This document shows, piece after piece, positions 34,150-51,121 of a DNA stretch of 64,000 bases (position 1 is the first letter of the stretch; the number at the start of each line of letters is the position of its first letter). This DNA comes from the human T2T-CHM13v2.0 reference genome, Homo sapiens. The translations under genes and the position numbers were made by a program. The stretch lies in NCBI RefSeq assembly GCF_009914755.1, contig NC_060935.1, one strand, 5' to 3'. The notes beneath the pieces were generated by a model, which had not been told where the DNA came from, made no database searches, and saw only the letters and a list, made by a program, of their open reading frames with translations.

Positions 34150-35620
34150 AGTGAACTGTACCCCACAACGAGTGCGCCTCTGCCCCCCAAGACGGTGGAG
34201 AGGCCCCCAGCTTACGCCGCCAGCACGCGGGGCAGGAGGGGTGCGAGCGACTCTGGCCAGGCCCCAGGGACGGGAAACGGGTCGCGCGGACCTGACCGGC
34301 GGGAGCCCAGGCACTCACGTGGCGTGAGCGCCGGGGGCTTCAGCACAGAGACCCATCCCATCTGCCCCTGGACTCCCGCGAGCCCCGCGGGCCTCTCCGC
34401 TCGCCCCGCCGCCCACCTGCCAGGGTAAGGAGCGCAGTGCACGCGCCGCCAGGAAGCGGCGCTCCAAACTCTGCAGCAAGAGTTCGGTCCCCGCGTTCTC
34501 CTCGGGCGCCATGACGTGGGCGGGGCCGCAGCGTTGCCCGGAGACCGGGCGGAAGCCAGGCCTGGACTGAAGAGGGGGCGGGCCCAGGGCAGTGGGCGGG
34601 GGCAGAGAGGGGGCGGGGCCTGGGGGTAGGGTGAGGAGGAGAGTCGTGGGGGCGGCTCTAGGGCGGGGCCAGGATGAGCGTTATGAGGCGGGACCTGGGG
34701 TGGGGCCAGGATGAGCGTCATGAGGGCGAGGCCTGGGGTAGGGCCAGGATAAGCGTCGTTGGGGCAGGTCCTGGGGAGAGTTCTGGTTGGCGGGTCCTGG
34801 GGCGGGGCCAGGACAGGGCGATCCTGGAAGCGGGGCTTCGGAAGCGTCCAGGTTGGAGGCGTCCTGGAGTCGGGGCCTTGCGTGGGGGCAGGATAAGGGT
34901 CCTGGAGGCGGGGCGTTAGGGTGGGGGTAAACGATGATTGGGTTCAGGAGGCGAGACTCGGAGCAGAGCCCAGGAGACAGGTCTTAGGGCGGGGCTAAGG
35001 GCAGACCCGGAGAAGGGCTCAGGAGGCGGGGCCAGGGCGGGGCGTTGACTATGTCGTAGCACGTGGCCAGGCGCTGCTCGGACTCTGGGAGGCGGAGCTT
35101 AGGACGGGCCGACATGGGGAGGGGCCCAGGGTCCGGGAGGCGGGGCAGAGTCCGGGCTGCGGGCTGCGCTCAGGAGGCGGGCCCTGGGAGGCGGAGCTTA
35201 GGGAGGGGCAGGTGTCGGTAGGGACCAAGGGACTGGGAGGCGGGTCGGGGCTGGGCTCAGGGGCCGAGAGGGAGCTGGGCTTGGGGTGGGGCCGAGACGG
35301 AGCGAGGGGTCCAGGGTGTGAGAAACGGGGAGGGGTTTGAGGAGGGGTTTGGAGTGTGGCTCAAGTTCGGGAGTCGTTACCTGCGGAGGGTTTGAGGCAG
35401 GCCCAGGAGCGAGCCCACGGTCTGCCGACGCGGGGCCAGGGGCGGGCCCCAGGATCCGGAGCTTTGGGCGGGGCCGAGTCCGGGTTAGGGGCCCGGGAGG
35501 CGGGGCCGGTTAGGGCGAGGGTCCCCGGGATCGTCGGGTCAGGCCTTGGGCCAACGTAGGCACTCTCGCAGTTCCTCCGCCTTCAGGAAGGTCTTTTTGG
35601 CAGGGGCCTTAGGGGTGCGC
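34150..35620. promoter_or_regulatory. CpG island / GC-box promoter of the FAM86 copy
   Basis: High CpG density, many GGGCGG(G) Sp1 boxes, CCGGGCGGAAG ETS-like site just upstream of the - strand ATG at 34512. Confidence 0.85.
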
Positions 35621-36932
35621 GCTTCTGTCCTGGAGGCGTTATCCTAGCCTCCTCTCCATCAGCGCCACACATCTGGAGCCCGATAGGAAGGAGCTTTCCC
35701 TCTGTCCCCCAGCCTTTGGACTGTCACCAAACAAGCCATCCGTTCACCAAATACTTATGAAGCTCCTACCATGTGTCTGGCAAGGGAGATGTAACAGTGA
35801 GAAAAACTAGGTGTGGTCCAGGCCCTCCAGGGGCTCAGGGGGTCGTGGAAGAAGTGGACATTGAAGTACTTATCACACAAATGAGTATAAAAGTACAATA
35901 GCGATATCTGCCACGAAGGCGAGCAGACAGAGCTAGCGGGGCTTCCAGGAGGAGTTTTAATCTTGCAGGGACAGGAAGGAGGAGTTAGCTCCTGGGGGGC
36001 GGAATTGGGGGTGGTGGTGATATAGACGTGGGGACAGAGTGGAAAACAACAAAAATATAATTATTTTAGTTCAAAGTTATTGTGTCTTGAGTTGAAAGTG
36101 TCTTTAGTTCAAAGTTATTGTGTGTTGAGATTTCAGTACTGCCCCTGAAATCTGAACTGTGTTCAAAGTCTAAAACGTTTACCTTAGCAAATCCCTCATA
36201 AAACTCCATTTGGAAGAGTCCCGAGAGCTAATTTGTTCAGTATACTTGCAGAAGGTAGATGAGGAGACAGATTAAATCTTATTACCTCTTTCAGATGAGA
36301 GGCACTTGAGTCCTGCTCAGCTGTGAGAATAAGAGAGGGGGATTAATTCTAATTGAATACACGTGTTCTCTCACAGCTGTTGTTCCCCACCAGAACCAAA
36401 TGAGCGCAAGATCTGACAAAGAAAAAAAAAAGGTTCATCTTTTATTCCCCCAAACACTTTCATTTAAATCAAGAGGGTGGGATGTGGTTATTGCTGTGTT
36501 TTTAGACAGAATCAACAGTTTCTGGGTCTGAGATATTGCATACACCCTCTCAGTCCCTGTATCCTGAGATGGAGTCACCTGAGAATCCACAGCAAGTCGT
36601 AACCAGAGATGGGTCTGGGTGGTTAAGGAAGCTTGGCTTCAGAACTGGGCCAGGGGCACTGCTTTGCTTTTGTGGTTTTGATCAGCTCTCTGCCTGCAGG
36701 AGACAAGGAAAACCAACGGGAACAGGTTAGTTACACTCATAAATCCTGGGCTTATTTTATTAACTCACATAATAGCTATTAATTACCTTTCCTCCAAGGA
36801 GCAAAAGGGCATATACGGTCAATGCTATAATAAGTAACACTGTATTATGTTATACTAAAATATTAATAAATCTAGGTTGGTTCAGTCTTTCCTAATTCCA
36901 TAGGTTGCAAGCGGATTGAGGAAGGACCCTAG

Positions 36933-39921
<2,989 letters not shown>

Positions 39922-40143
39922 ACCCTTGTTAAAAAATAAAGAATTCCAAGATGGTGATGGCAGATTATTAAACCACAGTGGGGACTCTTCTGTGTCCCTG
40001 TGGGACTGTCCAGGTTGCAAGCCCATGAAGCCGGCCCTGGCTGCTGGGTTCTTCGGGTGCTGGACCTCCCGTGGCATGTGGCAAGGAGTTGTCATGGGTT
40101 ATCACGACATATGATGGTCACCTACGGGAGACCCAAAGACCAC

Positions 40144-40270
40144 TCAGTCCTTTTTCCAACGAATGGCTGTGTATGTCACACAAGCAACAAACAGAACCGC
40201 AAGAGCTCCTGTGACAATGCTGAGCCTGATCACTGTGCCTTGCAGAGCAGATGCCCTGTGTACCTCCCTC
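40144..40270 (-). pseudogene. Candidate terminal ENPP7-like exon encoding a C-terminal membrane anchor
   Basis: ttcttaacag acceptor; VIRLSIVTGALAVLFVACVTYTAIRWKKD* is a hydrophobic helix plus basic stop-transfer; lies just downstream of the last ENPP exon on the same strand. Confidence 0.5.
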
Positions 40271-41717
40271 CTGTTAAGAAACCAGAGGGTTTTTAATTGC
40301 CTGATTATTAAGAGGCTGTTCTGGCAGCTCCTGGTTCCCCGGGAAGTTTCCCATCTAGCCGCCAGTGAGTATTCATTATGGAAATGAAGTGCACATTGAA
40401 CCCAAGAAAACACTCACTCTAGAGAAATCTCAGAGGGCAAGTCGTTGAAAGCCAATTTACTAAATGACCTCTTCGCCAAATGACCCATTTGCCTAATGAC
40501 CACTTTGCCAAAGGATCAATTTGCTGAAAGCCAATTCGCTGAAAATCTGTTTGTGGGATGTCCTGCTTATCAGTAACTGACAGTCAGACGCAGCTTATCC
40601 CAGGCTCCCAGTGGGATATGGGATAGGGGAGGGGCTACAAAATAGTTGTAGCAAAACTCCAAAACTTAAAAAGAAGAAAAATCCTCCATTATTTGGCGAA
40701 TTGGTCATTCATTTAATTAGTTTTCTACAAAAGGGACTGCTTTCTGTATGTTCACAAGGAGATCATGGGCAGTGACTTACAAGAAGAGAAAGGATGTATA
40801 TCACCCCTGCCCTCCCCTCTTTTCTTTTTTTTTAAGGCAGGAATCAGGGTGCCATAGTACAATCACAGCTCACTGCAGCCTCCAACTCTTGGGTTCCAGC
40901 GATCCTCCCGCCTCAGCCTCCCCAGTAGCTGGGACTACAGGCATGTGACACTACATCCAGCTAATTTATTGTGGAGACAGGGTCTCAGTATGTTGCCCAG
41001 GCTGGTCTCAAGTTCCTGGCCCCAAGTGATCCTCCTACCTCGTCCTCCCAAAATCCCAAGTATGAGCCACTGTGCCCAGCCCATTACTCCTTTTTGCATG
41101 TAATTGCTTTAAACGCTCGTTAGATCACTGGACAATATCCAAGTCTCTCCTGGCAAAAGGAAAGATAGCCAGTGTTTGTAAACAACCCACAAAAGAAGGC
41201 AACAGCAAATTCTGAGATGATTTTATTCTTCCTTTGTATTACCCAGACCGAAGGGGTTTGAAGTCTTGAGAATTTGCAGTCTCGTTTCAGACTCTCCCGT
41301 CTCCTTTTTTCAGCATCGAGTGAACAGGGTTTTGCTCCTCCCCTATGAAGAGTTTTTTGTGCTATTGAAGCAGGGCTGATTTCCGTATCTGGAAGGGGCA
41401 TCTTGGGGGCAGAGTGTACACAGTGATTTCCTTAGGACCGGAAGGATTACAGCCCGACTTTCTCTATAGAGCACCTTCCCTTTGCCTAAAAGGCACTATG
41501 TCAAATGTTACCAGCAGGTCGAGGGATTCCCTACCTCCCGTGCTATCTGTTTGGAGCTGTTGGCATCATGTTCCTGGGGCTCCGAAGCTGCTGGGAAACA
41601 GGAGTGTTCTGCTTGAATTCCCTCCTCCCCACCATGAGACCCCTTTTTGATTCTTTTCTATCTCAGGACAGAGCAGACTCTGCTGGCAGTTTTCTGGCAG
41701 CTGCTTTTGTGTTTCAC

Positions 41718-41954
41718 CTGGCTGCTGGTCATAAGAGTTCACGAGCATTTCCTGGGTGACTGCCAGGGAGCCGTTGTGGGTTTGGGGGTGACTCCCAGGA
41801 GCTTACACACGAAGGGGTAGATGTGGATGCTGTTAAAAGTCTCGGCCAGGCCATTCTTCTTGAATTCTGGCCCGAAATCTCTGAATATGGTCTTCATATC
41901 CATGAGGACATTATCAAAGCCATGGCTGCCTTTGTTGAAACACATTATAATTCT
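41718..41954 (-). pseudogene. ENPP7P: ENPP7-like pseudo-exon (RIIMCFNKGSHGFDNVLMDMKTIFRDFGPEFKK...HIYPFVCKLLGVTP, then frameshift)
   Basis: tttcag acceptor, ENPP GxHGFDN and M-x-T-I-F-x-x-x-GP-x-F motifs; NGSL motif continues in a shifted frame; gtgaaa donor. Confidence 0.88.
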
Positions 41955-42613
41955 CTGAAAAATAATAAAAATAAAAAAGCCATTTTAGATTCCAATCCGC
42001 TGAAAGAAAACTGTCCGTTAGTTAATGTCATGCTTGTTGGATCCATGAAGTCTTTGAGAATTTAAACTACAAGGACACTGCTCTCTGTGGTGGTGGAGAG
42101 AATACCAAGGATTTAAAGGTCTTTAAGAAAGAGAATGTAGAAAGCGTACCCATTGGAAACAGCGAGATGATGATAATCGTACTGACAGTAATAATAAGCT
42201 CAAATATATAGAGCTTACTATGTATCATGAATTGTCCTGAATGCTTCATAAATATACGTTCCCTCCTTTACCCTCATGGCAGCCCAGTAAAGGCGCCATT
42301 CCCCATTTTACAGCTGGGGAAACTGAGTTACAGAGATTGTCTGCACTGAGTCAACAGGAGCAAATGCTAGATCAGGTAACGGAACCCAAGCAATCTGGTT
42401 CCAGAGCCAAATAGATGTATTTTTTATGGTATAAATACACATACATACATTTTTAGGGGAAGGGTGGGGGTAGGATGGGATGAGGATTCTGGGTAATTGC
42501 TTGGTAAATGCCAAATACCTTTCTTGTCTGTCCCTCTTTTCAAATGATAAAGTAATGTCAATTGCAACACTTTTTTTTTTTTTTTGAGACAAGGTCTAGC
42601 TGGAGTACAGTGA

Positions 42614-42754
<141 letters not shown>

Positions 42755-43248
42755 TGAGGGGTGGGCGGTTTTGCTATGTTGCCCAGGCTGGTCTCAAACA
42801 CTTGACCTCAAGTGAACCTCCTGCCTCAACCCCACAAAGCTCTGAAATTATAGGCATGAGCCACTGTGGCTGGCTGCAATACTATTTATTTATATTTTAG
42901 ACCAACAGATATTCTAGCATATAAGAAATGTGATGTTCTCTGTACATTGAAGAGTTGGTCTAATATTTGGCCTGGTGGATACAGAAATTGCCTGTCTGCT
43001 CCGCTCTGGTTGAAGAAACCAGTCCAACTGTCTCTGAGGCTATGGAGCAGTCCATCAAGAATGAAAGCCCTCGGCCAGGCACGTTGGCTCACACCTGTAA
43101 TACCAGCGCTTTGGGAGGCCGAGGCAGGTGGATCACATGAAGTCACGAGTTCAACACCAGCATGGCCAACATGGTGAAACCCTGTCTCTACAGAAAATAG
43201 AAAAATTAGCTGGGCCTGGTGATGCATGCCTGTAATCCCAACTACTCA

Positions 43249-43353
<105 letters not shown>

Positions 43354-44608
43354 TCAAAAAAAAAAAAAAAAAAAAAGAATGAATGTCCTCATGATGGCCT
43401 CAAGCACTTTGGTCCCTGAAGAGAGTCAAGGAAGGCCCACTTTACTCTGCACTGCAAAGCAGGCAGGTGGACATGATGAGAAGTGGATTCAGTGAGAGGC
43501 ATTGACCCAAAGGATTTTTCTGCCTAATGGTCGGTTCAGCAGAAGATTAAACTGAGCACAGCATCCTGTTCCCTCAAACTATCTGGTTGGTCAGTGGGGA
43601 ATGTTCTTGTCTCATTAAATGTCCTCATGCTACTGTCAAGATATCCTGTTACAAAACATCATAAACCAGGTTTACAAATAGGCCAGGTGACTGTGGAATT
43701 TCTCCCTGGCAAGGCCTTAGCTATGGGCGCGCGATTGGTGTGCAGTAATCACAGTGTTCCGGGCCACTTGAGGGATAAAATATACCTAAGGTGATAAACT
43801 GTTGTATTTTAATGTGAATATTTCCACCAACACTAAACAGTAACCCCAAGAGTTTTCTCATACCTGTTACACCCTGGAGTTGCAACAAGCTAACATGAAG
43901 CAAGTTGCAAACATAATTATCACATTTGGCTCCTATTCACAGCAAGGGTTCTTCAAGCTCTACCTGGGGCAGTCTTCCCTCACATGAGGTTTATAGCATC
44001 ATTTATGTAATTATTTATTTATTTTTTGAGATGGAGTTTTGCTCTGTCGCCCAGGCTGGAGTGCAATGGTACGATCTTGGCTCACTGCAACCTCCGTCCC
44101 CCCGGGGTTCAAGCGATTCTCCTGCCTCAGCCTCCTGAGTAGCTGGGATTATAGGCACCCGCTACCACGCCTGGCTAATTTTTGTATTTTTAGTAGAGAC
44201 GGCGTTTCACCATGTTGACCGGGCTGGTCTCAAACTCCTGACCTCAGGTGATCCACCCCCCTCAGCCTCCCAAAGTGTTGGGATTACTGGCGTGAGCCAT
44301 GGTGCCCGGCTATAGCATCATTTCAACTTTGTTTCTGGCATGAATTGTTAGTTGGTAGTTAACAAAAAATAGACCACCTCATTTATGTCTCACAGTTAGC
44401 ATTGGTTTTTGTGTTTTCTTTAGGCTTGTCTTTTAATTGTTTTTAAAATTGTGAAACAGGGTCTTGTTCTGTTGCTGACGCCAGAGTGCAGTGATACAAT
44501 CTTGGCTCACTGCAGCCTCAACCACCTGGGCTCAAGCAATCCTCCCACTTTAGCCTCCTGAGTAGCTGGGACTACAAACACGAGCCACCACTGCTGGCTA
44601 ATTTTTAA

Positions 44609-44752
<144 letters not shown>

Positions 44753-44762
44753 TAATTTTTAA

Positions 44763-44900
<138 letters not shown>

Positions 44901-45039
44901 TAAATTTTTTGTAGAGACCAGGTTTTGCCATATTGTCTAGGCTGGTCTTGAAATCCTGGGCTCAAGTGATCCTCCTGCTTTGGCCTCTCAAAGTGCTGGG
45001 ATTACAGGCATGGCCCTTATGCCTGGCCCTTAAAGCTGC

Positions 45040-45900
<861 letters not shown>

Positions 45901-46089
45901 CTTGCATATTTTTTGATATGGGCAAATGAGAACTAGTGGCGGGAGGCCTTTGTGGTGAATTTTTTGGTGATCTTTGTGTACTCTGTATAATGATCAGCCA
46001 CGCAGGCTTGGGGGCAGCACTTAACCTTACATTTCTTTCTTTTTCTTAAGATAGGGTTTCTCTCTCTGCCACCCAGGCCAGAGCGCAGT

Positions 46090-47804
46090 TGATGCAGGGC
46101 AGGGCAGGGGAGCCCCCAAGTGGAGCATAGTGTATCCAGAACTGGTGGGTTCTTGGTCTCACTGACTTCAAGAATGAAGCCACGGACCCTCGCGGTGAGC
46201 GTCACAGCTCTTAAGGCTGCGTGTCTGGAGTTGTTTGTTCCTCCCAGTGGGTTCATAGTCTCACTGGCTTCAGGAGTGAAGCTGCAGACCTTCAAGGTGA
46301 GTGTTACAGCTCATAAAGGCAGTGTGGACCCAAAGAGTCAGCAGCAGCAAGATTTATTGCAAAGAGCAAAAGAACAAAGCTTCCACAGTGTGGAAAGGGA
46401 CCCCAGCGGGTTACCACTGCTGGCTGGGGCAACTTGCTTTTATTCTCTTATCTGGCCCCACCCACATCCTGCTGATTGGTCCATTTTACAGAGAGCTGAT
46501 TGGTCTGTTTTACAGAGAGCTGATTAGTCCGTTTTGACAGGGTGCTGATTGGTGCATTTACAATCCCTGAGATAGACACAAAAGTTCTCCAAGTCCCTAC
46601 TAGGTTAGCTAGATAGAGAGTGTCCATTGGTGCATTCACAAACCCTGAGCTAGACACAGGGTGCTGATTGGTGTGTTTACAAACCTTGAGCTAGATACAG
46701 AGTGCCGATTGGTGTATTTACAATCCCTCAGCTAGACATAAAGGTTCTTCAAGTCCCCACCAGACTCAGGAGCCCAGCTGGCTTCACCAAGTGGATCCTG
46801 CACTGGGGCCACAGGTGGAGCTACCTGCCAGTCCCGCGTCCAGCGCCGGCACTGCTCAGCCCTTGGGTGGTTGATGGGACTGGGCGCTGTGGAGCAGGGG
46901 GTGGTGCTCACTGGGGAGGCTCGGGCCATGCAGGATCCCGAGGCCGGTAGCGGGGAGGCTCAGGCATGGTGGGCTGCAAGTCCCAAGCCCTGCCCTGCGG
47001 AGAGGCAGCTAAGGCCCGGTGAGAAATCCAGCACAGCAGCTGCTGGCCCAGGTGCTAAGCCCCTCACTGCCCAGGGCCGGCGGGGCTGGCTGGCCGCTCC
47101 GAGTGCGGGGCCTGCCGAGCCCATGCCCACCCGGCACTCGCGCTGGCCCGCAAGTGCGGTGCCCAGCCCCTGTTCCCTCCTGCGCCTCTCCCTCTACACC
47201 TCCCCGCAAGCTGAGGGAGATGCCTCCAGCCTCGGCCATCCCAGGAAGGGGCTCCCACAGTACAGTGGTGGGCTGAAGGGCTCCTCAAGTGCTGCCAAAT
47301 TGGGAGCCCAGGCAGAGGAGGCACCAAGAGTGAGCTCCAGGGCTGCCAGAACGCTGTCACCTCTCAATAGCACATGAGGGTTCTTGCCTTTGCTCAGGAA
47401 AGAATTCAAGGGCAAGCTGGAGGTATAGAAGAAGACAGCTTTATTGAAGAGGCAGCGTTACAGCCCTGTGACTGCTCCTGTAGGGCAGGGCTACCCTGGA
47501 GGCAGAGAGTAGCGGCAGAGAGCTTGCAATCACATTTATACCCACTTTTAATTGCATGCAGATTAAAGGGCAGTCTATGCAGGAATTTCTAGAAAATTGG
47601 TAGTAACTTTTGAGTCATTGGGTCATTGTCATGGAAAGGGGCAGGAACTCCTGGGTGTTGCCATGGCAATAGTAAACTCACATGGCACACTGGTGGGCAT
47701 GTCTGATGGAAAGCTGCTTCTGCCCCAGCCCTGTTTTAGCTAGTCCTCAATTTGGTCTGCTGTCCAAGCCCTGCCTGTGGAGTCAAGTCCTGCCTCCTAT
47801 CTCA
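46090..47804 (-). mobile_element. MER66-like ERV1 LTR interrupted by the LTR12
   Basis: - strand starts TGAGATAGGAGGCAGGACTTGACTCC; TG..CA ends; TSD CAGT at 46086-46089 and 47805-47808. Confidence 0.75.
46131..47366 (-). mobile_element. Solo ERV9 LTR (LTR12C-like)
   Basis: - strand starts TGAGAGGTGACAGCG; tandem CCAAT (NF-Y) repeats at about 46470-46720; TSD ATAG at 46127-46130 and 47367-47370. Confidence 0.9.
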
Positions 47805-48591
47805 CAGTGGCGTGATCATGGCTCACTGCAGCCTCAACACCCCCGGGCTCAAGCAATTCTCCCACCTCAGCCTCCTGAGTTGCTGGGACCACAGGCACGT
47901 GCCATTACGCCCAGCTACAGTTTTTTGCATTTTTTGTAGAGATGGTGTTTCACTGTGTTGCCTAGGCTGGTCTCAAACTCCTGGGCTCAAGCAATCTATC
48001 TACCTTAGCCTTCTAAAGTGCTGGGATTACAGGTGTGAGCCGCTGCACCCAGCCCAAGCTTACATTTTTAATCTCAAGTCACTTCTCTAGGTTTTGATTT
48101 CTTCTTTAAAATGTTGGAACTAAGAGCATCTATTTTATAGGGTTGTTGGGAAGGCAAAATGAAAGAACTGTTATTCAATGTTTAGTGAAGCGCTATGCAC
48201 AATTTTGAATAATGAAGTTGCTGTTTATTTTTATTGTTTATTTATTTATTTTTTAGAGACTGGGTCTTGCTCTGTTGCTCAAGCTGGAGTGCAGTGGTGC
48301 AATCACAGCTTACTGCAGCCTTGACCTCCTGGGCTCAAGAAATCCTGCCACCTCAGCCTCCTGAGTAGCTGGGACTGCAGGCATGCATTGCCATGTCTGG
48401 CTATTTATTTATTTGTTTGTTTTTTGTAGAGATGGGGTCTCCCTATGTTGCCCGGGCTGGTCTTGAACTCCTGGCCTTAAGCAGTCCTCCTGTCTTGGCC
48501 TCCCAAAGCACTGAGATTACAGGTGTGAACCACCATGGCCAGCCTTATTTTTATTTTTAAATCAGCCTTGTCCAGTTGAATTGGTCATTAA

Positions 48592-49017
<426 letters not shown>

Positions 49018-49096
49018 TGATTTTTGCAGAACCACCCTTCCCTAATGGTTGTCTCCTAGATCCAAGGTGACTTTATTCATTTTAGAATGAACTTAT

Positions 49097-49720
49097 CCCA
49101 TTGATACTGTAACTAGAGTTGGCATACATCACGATTGGCAGAACCCGGTCATGTTTAGCGAGATGGAAGTGTTCTGGAAACTCCTCCTTCTTGTAGATGT
49201 GGAGGTGAGGGTGTGCATTCTTCAGTGCCTGGTAAAGGGCTTCTTCTTGCCCCAATTTGGGTAGGGGCAGCCCAAAGCCACCATAGCCCACAATATCAAA
49301 CTTGACCCAGTCCCTGAACTTGATGTAGTTGGACAAGGGATCTTGTTGACATTGGGTCTCTTCTTCACGGTCATCATCCCATGGTCTCATGTGATGATGA
49401 CCTGAGGTGCTCTGCAGGCTGTGCTTCTCAGTGGCTCCCACCAGATACCAGATGGTCCTGTCGAGTTGCTGAATCATCAACTTCCTATTCTCTGCCTCTG
49501 TCTTGAATCGATGTCCTGCGTTATCTGGCTGTCTGTAGTACAGAGTCACAAAGTCAAAGTCTTCCTTGGTGAAGCAGTTCATGACGGTATCGATGTTCTC
49601 CCTCTGCTCTGTCTCGTTGCTATTTTGGTGAGTGTAGGACTCCACCAGGGACCGCTTGACAGCCTCACCCTCATATTTAGCACCTCCCCTGGAATAGTGG
49701 GATGATGCTGCTTTCTTCCC
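49097..49720 (-). pseudogene. ENPP7P: ENPP7-like (alkaline sphingomyelinase-like) pseudo-exon equivalent to the large central ENPP7 exon
   Basis: NETEQRENIDTVM, VTLYYRQPDNAGHRF, DRTIWYL, shifted-frame VIIT*DHGM, ALKNAHPHLHIYKKEEFPEHFH. Donor mutated (GGG|ATAAGT at 49091-49096). Confidence 0.9.
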
Positions 49721-50325
49721 CTTCACGTACAATAAGGAAATTCCATCAGGGCCATTTCTCATACCTTTCTCACAATCAGCAAAGCTCGAGTTGTCTACAT
49801 CTGTGCCCCAGTCCAAAGACATAGAAAATATGTGGTCTTTGGAGTCAGACAGGGTGGAGTTAGATTCTGGGATTCCCCAGGATCTCATAGCATCTACAAC
49901 ACTGTTAGTTACAAGATGTGCTATTATTTTATGGGCTACTAAGCAGAAAAATGCCGCCAACGAGACTGTGACATTCCAGTGATTGTAAGGTGTATTACAA
50001 CTTCAGAGATGGCAAAATGAAAAATAATTCCTTAGAATAGAGGGAGACGGTAATTTCTGAGTTGTTGGTGGTGAATCTGTGCATGTGTGTTTTTTATATA
50101 TATACACATATATATACATACATATACATGTATATATATGTGTATATATAGACATACCTATATACATATACATATATATATGTGTATATATAGTGGTGCA
50201 GTGGTACAATCATAGCTCATTGCACCCTTGAACTCCTGGGCTTAAGCGATCCTCCTACCTCAGCCTCTTGAGTAGCTGGGGCCACAGGCATGTACCACCA
50301 TACCTATATATATATATTTTTTTGA

Positions 50326-50488
<163 letters not shown>

Positions 50489-50878
50489 TGAGATAGAGTT
50501 TTGTCGTGTTGGCCAGGCTGGTTTCGAACCCCTGGGCTGAAGTGATCCACCTGCCTTGACCTCCCAAAGTGCTGGGATTACATGTGTGAGCCACCGCGCC
50601 TAGCCCTAATTTTTTTTTTTTTTTTTTTTTTTTTTAGTGTTTGTAGAGATGAGGTCTCGCTAATTTGCCCAGGCTTGTCCTGAACTCCTGGGTTTAAGTG
50701 ATTCTCCTGCCTCAGCCTCTCAAACTGCTGGGATTACACGCAAGAGACACTGCACCCGGCTGGTTGTGAGTTTTTAAATTTTCCAGTGTCTCAGTGTTTC
50801 TACCTGTAGAATGCCAAAAAGTAGATGGCATCTTTGCGAGGATTAAGTCGACTAGCTTTTTTTTTTTTTTTTTTTTGA

Positions 50879-51121
<243 letters not shown>

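Larger units (their letters stand above)
46035..48056 (-). mobile_element. AluJ split by the MER66/LTR12 insertion
   Basis: Alu sequence resumes exactly across the CAGT TSD; outer TSD CTTACATTT at 46026-46034 and 48059-48067. Confidence 0.8.

Noticed and set aside
45933-47592. ORFs within the LTR12/MER66 region
   Set aside because: Incidental frames in LTR sequence with no retroviral protein motifs
49082-49960. 292-aa ORF as an intact ENPP7-family CDS
   Set aside because: The first ~80 codons are intronic, the DHG motif is out of frame, there is no signal peptide or catalytic Thr, and the exon donor is mutated
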